DNA of 64,000 bases from Nitrososphaeria archaeon (GTDB lineage Archaea > Thermoproteota > Nitrososphaeria > Geothermarchaeales > JDFR-13). The notes under the pieces are model-generated. The model was not told the DNA's origin, made no database searches, and worked only from the letters and a program-made list of their open reading frames with translations. Below, piece after piece: positions 59,926-64,000 of the stretch (positions are counted from its first letter, which is position 1; every line of letters begins with the position of its first letter). The stretch lies in the NCBI GenBank assembly GCA_027078545.1, contig JALWXN010000004.1, forward strand, positions 480,001-544,000, written 5' to 3'. The translations under genes and the position numbers were made by a program.

Positions 59926-62900
59926 GGGAGGGGAACCGAATAGATTTGATGTCTTGGCCGAGTTCTTTGATCAAAAGGCATGGGCCTATCTACACGACCC
60001 TCTGGCTAAGGCCTACTTCATATATGCCCCAGATAAGAAACATGAAGATGAAGCTGAAAATGCATTTTCCAACATATGGGGTGAGGTTAATATTGACGAC
60101 CCGTTCAAGAAAGCCATTAATCAGGCAGACATACTAGGCTCTATGCTGGATAGGAGATGGACCGGAATCTTCCATTCAGAAGCGATAGAGTCCTTTAGAT
60201 ACGTGAGAGCCGACGATTTCAGACTGATCATCAATATATTTGACCCCGATAAGAAGAAACATCTTTCAAGGCCATACGACGATCAAAGTTTTGTAGATAT
60301 ACATAACGAAGTAGTCAAAGATCTAGCTAAACTATTGAGTAAAGAAGCGTTCTTGGCAGCTAAGCCAGACCTATGTATAGAGGACGCTCATCAAGTTACT
60401 GAGGTTATAAGGAAGATTATTAGGTATCATTTTCTCTATTTCTATGCAGAGCCAATATGGATCGCTCATGGTGGGGAGCCTTTACCAGCGGATACGAGGG
60501 TTCCAAACCACACTATCTTTGATCACATATCGGCTGCTGCTACTGTATACAACTTGATTACTAGGGTGGGGGATAGTGATGACCAGGAGGGTGGTTACCT
60601 GGTCAGGATAGATCTCGGGGGGATACAGCAGTTCATATCCTTCTCTAGGAAGGTTAGGGATCTCTGGGCATCAAGCTATATCCTCTCAATGATGGTGTGG
60701 GCGGCCATCAAACCCCTCATATTCGTATTTGGTCCCGACATCGTCCTAGTACCCACAATGAGGCTGAACCCTGTCTACCACCATCAACTCCATATCTGGA
60801 TAAGAGACATATATAGAGATGAGTTTCTGAAGGATCGCATCTACTCACTGGATGAGAGAGTGTGGATATATGTTTTCCTAGATCTATACAAGAAAAGCTT
60901 GTTAAGTGTGCTACCACCTATAGAAGCATTAGAACAGCAGCAAGATGAAACTCTTAAGCCTCCTAGATATGCCCTCATACCAGCTATAATCACCTTAGCC
61001 CTTCCACCTCCGAGTGTACTAAGGGAGGGCCTGGAGCTTCTACTCGAGATCTCGGGTTGTGATGATATAACATGTGACGATGAATCAGAGGAGGAGCATA
61101 GGGGGGCAGGCATACTCTCTAGGAGCATGGTAAAGGTGATTAGGAAGAAGTTGGATGAACTTAGGAGGTCTGGGGATTCAGCTGGACCCGAGTTTGTGGA
61201 AAGCTTGATAACATCTCTGATTGAGGCGGTTTGGAAGGACGTGTACGAAGACGTTATGGGTCTCTGTACAGAAGGTCTTAATGACGATGGTATAAGAGAA
61301 TTATTGAGAAGCTATCTAGCTAAGCTTATTGTACCAAATAACTCTTCGGTCGATGTCGACCTGTCATCATTGAAAGTTGATGAGCTGAGACTGATTTATA
61401 ACTACATAAAGTCTGTGAAAGATACACCACCCGTAATTATTAGGGTCGGTGCAGCTAAGCTAGACAAGAATCTAAGGAAGATACTGGACATGGCTATAGG
61501 TTCAGGAGAGGATGGAGGAGATGGTCTTGCCCATGCAGTGGCACAGTCAATCCTCGAACTTATGAATGATAGGATCAGTAGGAGGCTGGAGAATAAGCAT
61601 CTGGTCAGGGATACTCCCTTCGCCTATAGGGACCTATCCAGACTAACTGAGGAGATATTTTCCAAGAGAAGGAATGGTGAGGACATCGGGCTTGGAGTAG
61701 TTGTGGAAGAGGTAAAAGAGGTGAATGAAGGTCAAAAGAAGAATACTGTTATAGGAGTGAACCCTAACCGCGGTAGGGGGTATGACTACTGTACCATGTG
61801 TAGCATATTACCAGCGATAATCCACTATCACAGAGAGGTTGAATATGACTCTCCATACATATCGAAGGGTGAGAAGCTTTGCCCAGTATGCCTCTTCAAG
61901 AGACTCATAGGAGTGGATACCGAGTCGCTCAAAAAATTCGTAAAAATAGTTTTCTCATTGAAGGGAGAGGATCCACCTCGCCTAGAGGTGTTGTCTACCA
62001 TAGATGTCGCAAACAGATACTTGGGAGAGAAGATATCAAAGATATTAGAGGAGTATCAACAGCTAACTAACAATGGATCCGCATCTGATATCGATGTACT
62101 CCTCTCCAAATTCACCAAATGCTCAAACCGTGACTGGATATGTGAAAATGTCCAGCAAGCTCCCGGCAGACCTGTGTCCTTTGAAGAGATTGATATGCCG
62201 TTAGGTATAGTTACGCGAGGGGAAGAGGAATTCGACGAAGATATGTATAAAAAGGTCAAGAATGCTTGGGAGACACTGTTTAGAGAAAAGCTTGGGATAG
62301 ACTTCCCGAATGGGATAACTATATACTATGGGATCTTCATCACTGATGCTGATAGGATTGGGAAGATTGTTTCTGGGGAGCTTTTCAGGGCGCGGCCCTT
62401 CAAAAAGCGTGATCCCGAGCTTTATGGTTATGAGGATGAGGTGAGGTTCTATGTCGACTATATTAGGAAGAGCCTCAACATAGGTGATCCTAGTGCGAGG
62501 CGGTTCTTCAATATCTTATTATGTAGCGTGGAGAACGTACTCCTAAGCCTTAGGCCATGGGACAAGGAGAATAGAAGTCTTGGTATAACATATGCTAAGG
62601 ACTGTGTCATTAGGAGGCTTATAGCTAGGGGAGCTATTCCTAAGGATAAGCTGGACGACGAAAGATATATGAGAGAGATCGAGAAGCTTGTCTACAGCGT
62701 ATTAATCTTCTTCTATAGGCCCGTAATTCGACGGGATGTAGATAACGGTTTTGAGATAGGGTTTATCTTTAGGCCTAGAGTCGTGCCCTCACCATCCTAT
62801 CTCGTCTCGATATCAAGATCATTGATGATCTCCCTCCTCAGGGATGTATATAACGTCGAAAAGTCCAAGGGTATCGTGATATACGCCGGTGGAGACGACT

Positions 62901-63802
62901 TACTAGCACTGCTACCACTCGTTAAGCTGGATATCAAGGATGATGATGGTAAGAAGATAGTCTGTATGAGGGAGAACTTCCTGGAAACTATGGAGAATGT
63001 TAGGTCCTTCTATAGTCTCGGTGATGGGGAGGGCTTCGCTGTAGTAAAGAGTAGTAGGAATGGTGGAACTATAGTGGAGTATCCAGTCCCTATGCTCTAT
63101 GGTCTGGGGAGGAGCCAGGTACTTTTGATGGCCCATTATAGGGAGCCTATGTCCAAGGCTATTCAGCTGGCGCATGAACTTCTGGATAGGGTGGCTAAGG
63201 ATGGCTCTAGGTGGAGGCTTGAGTGTAGCGAGGGAGCCATCTACGAGAGGGACGGTCTTGTAATAACATCATATTCAGGGGGAGTCGTCCGTGCCCCCAC
63301 ATCTCCCGTGCTTCAATGTATGCTGATAAGTGGCTGTGAGTACGAGCCTGTCCACAAGTATCTCAGGAGTCTCTATAGCTACATCTATGGAGATAAGATC
63401 ATCAGCACGGAGGTAGCTGAAGAAGGGGAATGTAAGAGAAACCTTCTTTCACACTCATTCCTAAGGGATTATGTCCAGGATATGGGTCTAATGGGGTTGT
63501 CAGGCAAGTTGAATCCGGAGATACCAAGGAAAACCATCGTGAGAATCATAGGTAGGAATCTTAGAATAGGGGGTATGGAGGAGGCTGATGGAGCTCTCAA
63601 TCTTGCCCAGGAGATTTACAGGGAGATCTTCGACATCCTGAGATGTATCTATCATAGTGACAGGCTGCTGGAAGAGCTTATACTGGAGCAGATGATGATA
63701 ACCGGGGAATACGTAGAGTATGAATTGACAGCAAGTGAGATGGCGGTATCCATGCTCCTCAAAATGTCCGTGGCCACGAGGGGTGTGGGGGGCAATGACT
63801 AG
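59918..63802 (+). CDS. cas10: Cas10/Cmr2 with HD and GGDD Palm motifs (1294 aa)
   Basis: LHDP, LPADTRVP.HTIFDH, IQ.FI..SRK.RDLWASS, CxxC..CxxC, DADRIGK, YAGGDD. Confidence 0.96.
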   Translation: MSEGGEPNRFDVLAEFFDQKAWAYLHDPLAKAYFIYAPDKKHEDEAENAFSNIWGEVNIDDPFKKAINQADILGSMLDRRWTGIFHSEAIESFRYVRADDFRLIINIFDPDKKKHLSRPYDDQSFVDIHNEVVKDLAKLLSKEAFLAAKPDLCIEDAHQVTEVIRKIIRYHFLYFYAEPIWIAHGGEPLPADTRVPNHTIFDHISAAATVYNLITRVGDSDDQEGGYLVRIDLGGIQQFISFSRKVRDLWASSYILSMMVWAAIKPLIFVFGPDIVLVPTMRLNPVYHHQLHIWIRDIYRDEFLKDRIYSLDERVWIYVFLDLYKKSLLSVLPPIEALEQQQDETLKPPRYALIPAIITLALPPPSVLREGLELLLEISGCDDITCDDESEEEHRGAGILSRSMVKVIRKKLDELRRSGDSAGPEFVESLITSLIEAVWKDVYEDVMGLCTEGLNDDGIRELLRSYLAKLIVPNNSSVDVDLSSLKVDELRLIYNYIKSVKDTPPVIIRVGAAKLDKNLRKILDMAIGSGEDGGDGLAHAVAQSILELMNDRISRRLENKHLVRDTPFAYRDLSRLTEEIFSKRRNGEDIGLGVVVEEVKEVNEGQKKNTVIGVNPNRGRGYDYCTMCSILPAIIHYHREVEYDSPYISKGEKLCPVCLFKRLIGVDTESLKKFVKIVFSLKGEDPPRLEVLSTIDVANRYLGEKISKILEEYQQLTNNGSASDIDVLLSKFTKCSNRDWICENVQQAPGRPVSFEEIDMPLGIVTRGEEEFDEDMYKKVKNAWETLFREKLGIDFPNGITIYYGIFITDADRIGKIVSGELFRARPFKKRDPELYGYEDEVRFYVDYIRKSLNIGDPSARRFFNILLCSVENVLLSLRPWDKENRSLGITYAKDCVIRRLIARGAIPKDKLDDERYMREIEKLVYSVLIFFYRPVIRRDVDNGFEIGFIFRPRVVPSPSYLVSISRSLMISLLRDVYNVEKSKGIVIYAGGDDLLALLPLVKLDIKDDDGKKIVCMRENFLETMENVRSFYSLGDGEGFAVVKSSRNGGTIVEYPVPMLYGLGRSQVLLMAHYREPMSKAIQLAHELLDRVAKDGSRWRLECSEGAIYERDGLVITSYSGGVVRAPTSPVLQCMLISGCEYEPVHKYLRSLYSYIYGDKIISTEVAEEGECKRNLLSHSFLRDYVQDMGLMGLSGKLNPEIPRKTIVRIIGRNLRIGGMEEADGALNLAQEIYREIFDILRCIYHSDRLLEELILEQMMITGEYVEYELTASEMAVSMLLKMSVATRGVGGND

Positions 63803-64000
63803 TATAAAGAGTCCCAAAACCGTGGTGGTTAGGCCCCTGGGTAGGGTCATGTTCAGAGGACCTGGAGAGTTTGATATGTCTAGTGCTGGTGTAAAGGCAT
63901 ACGCATCTTCAATGGCATACCCACTGCCCACGGCAATCGCATCGATATTAATCGGTGGTAAGTTCCGCGATGGCTCCAGACCACAAGACTATCCGTGGGG
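63795..64000 (+). CDS. cmr3: Cmr3, truncated by the window end
   Basis: MTSIKSPKTVVVRPLGRVMFRGPGEF...YPLPTAIA; overlaps the cas10 stop. Confidence 0.8.
   Translation, partial: MTSIKSPKTVVVRPLGRVMFRGPGEFDMSSAGVKAYASSMAYPLPTAIASILIGGKFRDGSRPQDYPW

Noticed and set aside
183-63931. Many short antisense or alternate-frame ORFs overlapping confident genes (e.g. 18233-18862, 33595-34149, 36714-37862, 63500-63931)
   Set aside because: Shadow ORFs with Ser/Leu/Pro-rich composition and no motifs.

Overview
Genomic DNA from a thermophilic archaeon, probably TACK-like (intron-containing tRNAs, TATA promoters, AGG/ATA-rich codons). The window is a CRISPR-dense region mixed with housekeeping and transport genes. 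It holds five CRISPR arrays of two 29-nt repeat families. Family A (crRNA sense GTTAGAACCAGACTAGGAAGGGTTGAAAG) has about 28, 5 and 76 repeats, all transcribed on the minus strand. Family B (GTTCCAGCATACCTACGAGGGTT[T/C]GAAAC) has about 20 and 15 repeats, transcribed outward from a complete type I-B locus (cas8b-cas7-cas5-cas3 converging on cas6-cas4-cas1-cas2). A type III-B operon (cmr4-cmr5-cmr6-cas10-cmr3) starts at the right edge. Three CARF genes are dispersed across the window (Csa3, Csx1, and a Csx14/ring-nuclease-like protein). There is also a HEPN-MNT pair and a VapBC pair with a frameshifted toxin. Other content: tupABC, moeB/thiF, an ECF transporter, tRNA-Cys and tRNA-Met with introns, two PEF-CTERM-like surface proteins, and a secreted tandem cyclase-family protein. 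Less obvious signals: an unannotated H/ACA guide RNA predicted to target the 23S peptidyl-transferase loop, a second structured C/D-like RNA, an ArsR plus unknown plus NDT/TIR-like candidate defence module, a sharp A+C to G+T strand-skew inversion centred on the CRISPR arrays with an array-less switch at about 17.13 kb, leader architecture shared by both repeat families, and variant or duplicate spacers. All protein calls come from motif recognition by eye and repeat counts are manual. No database searches were run.
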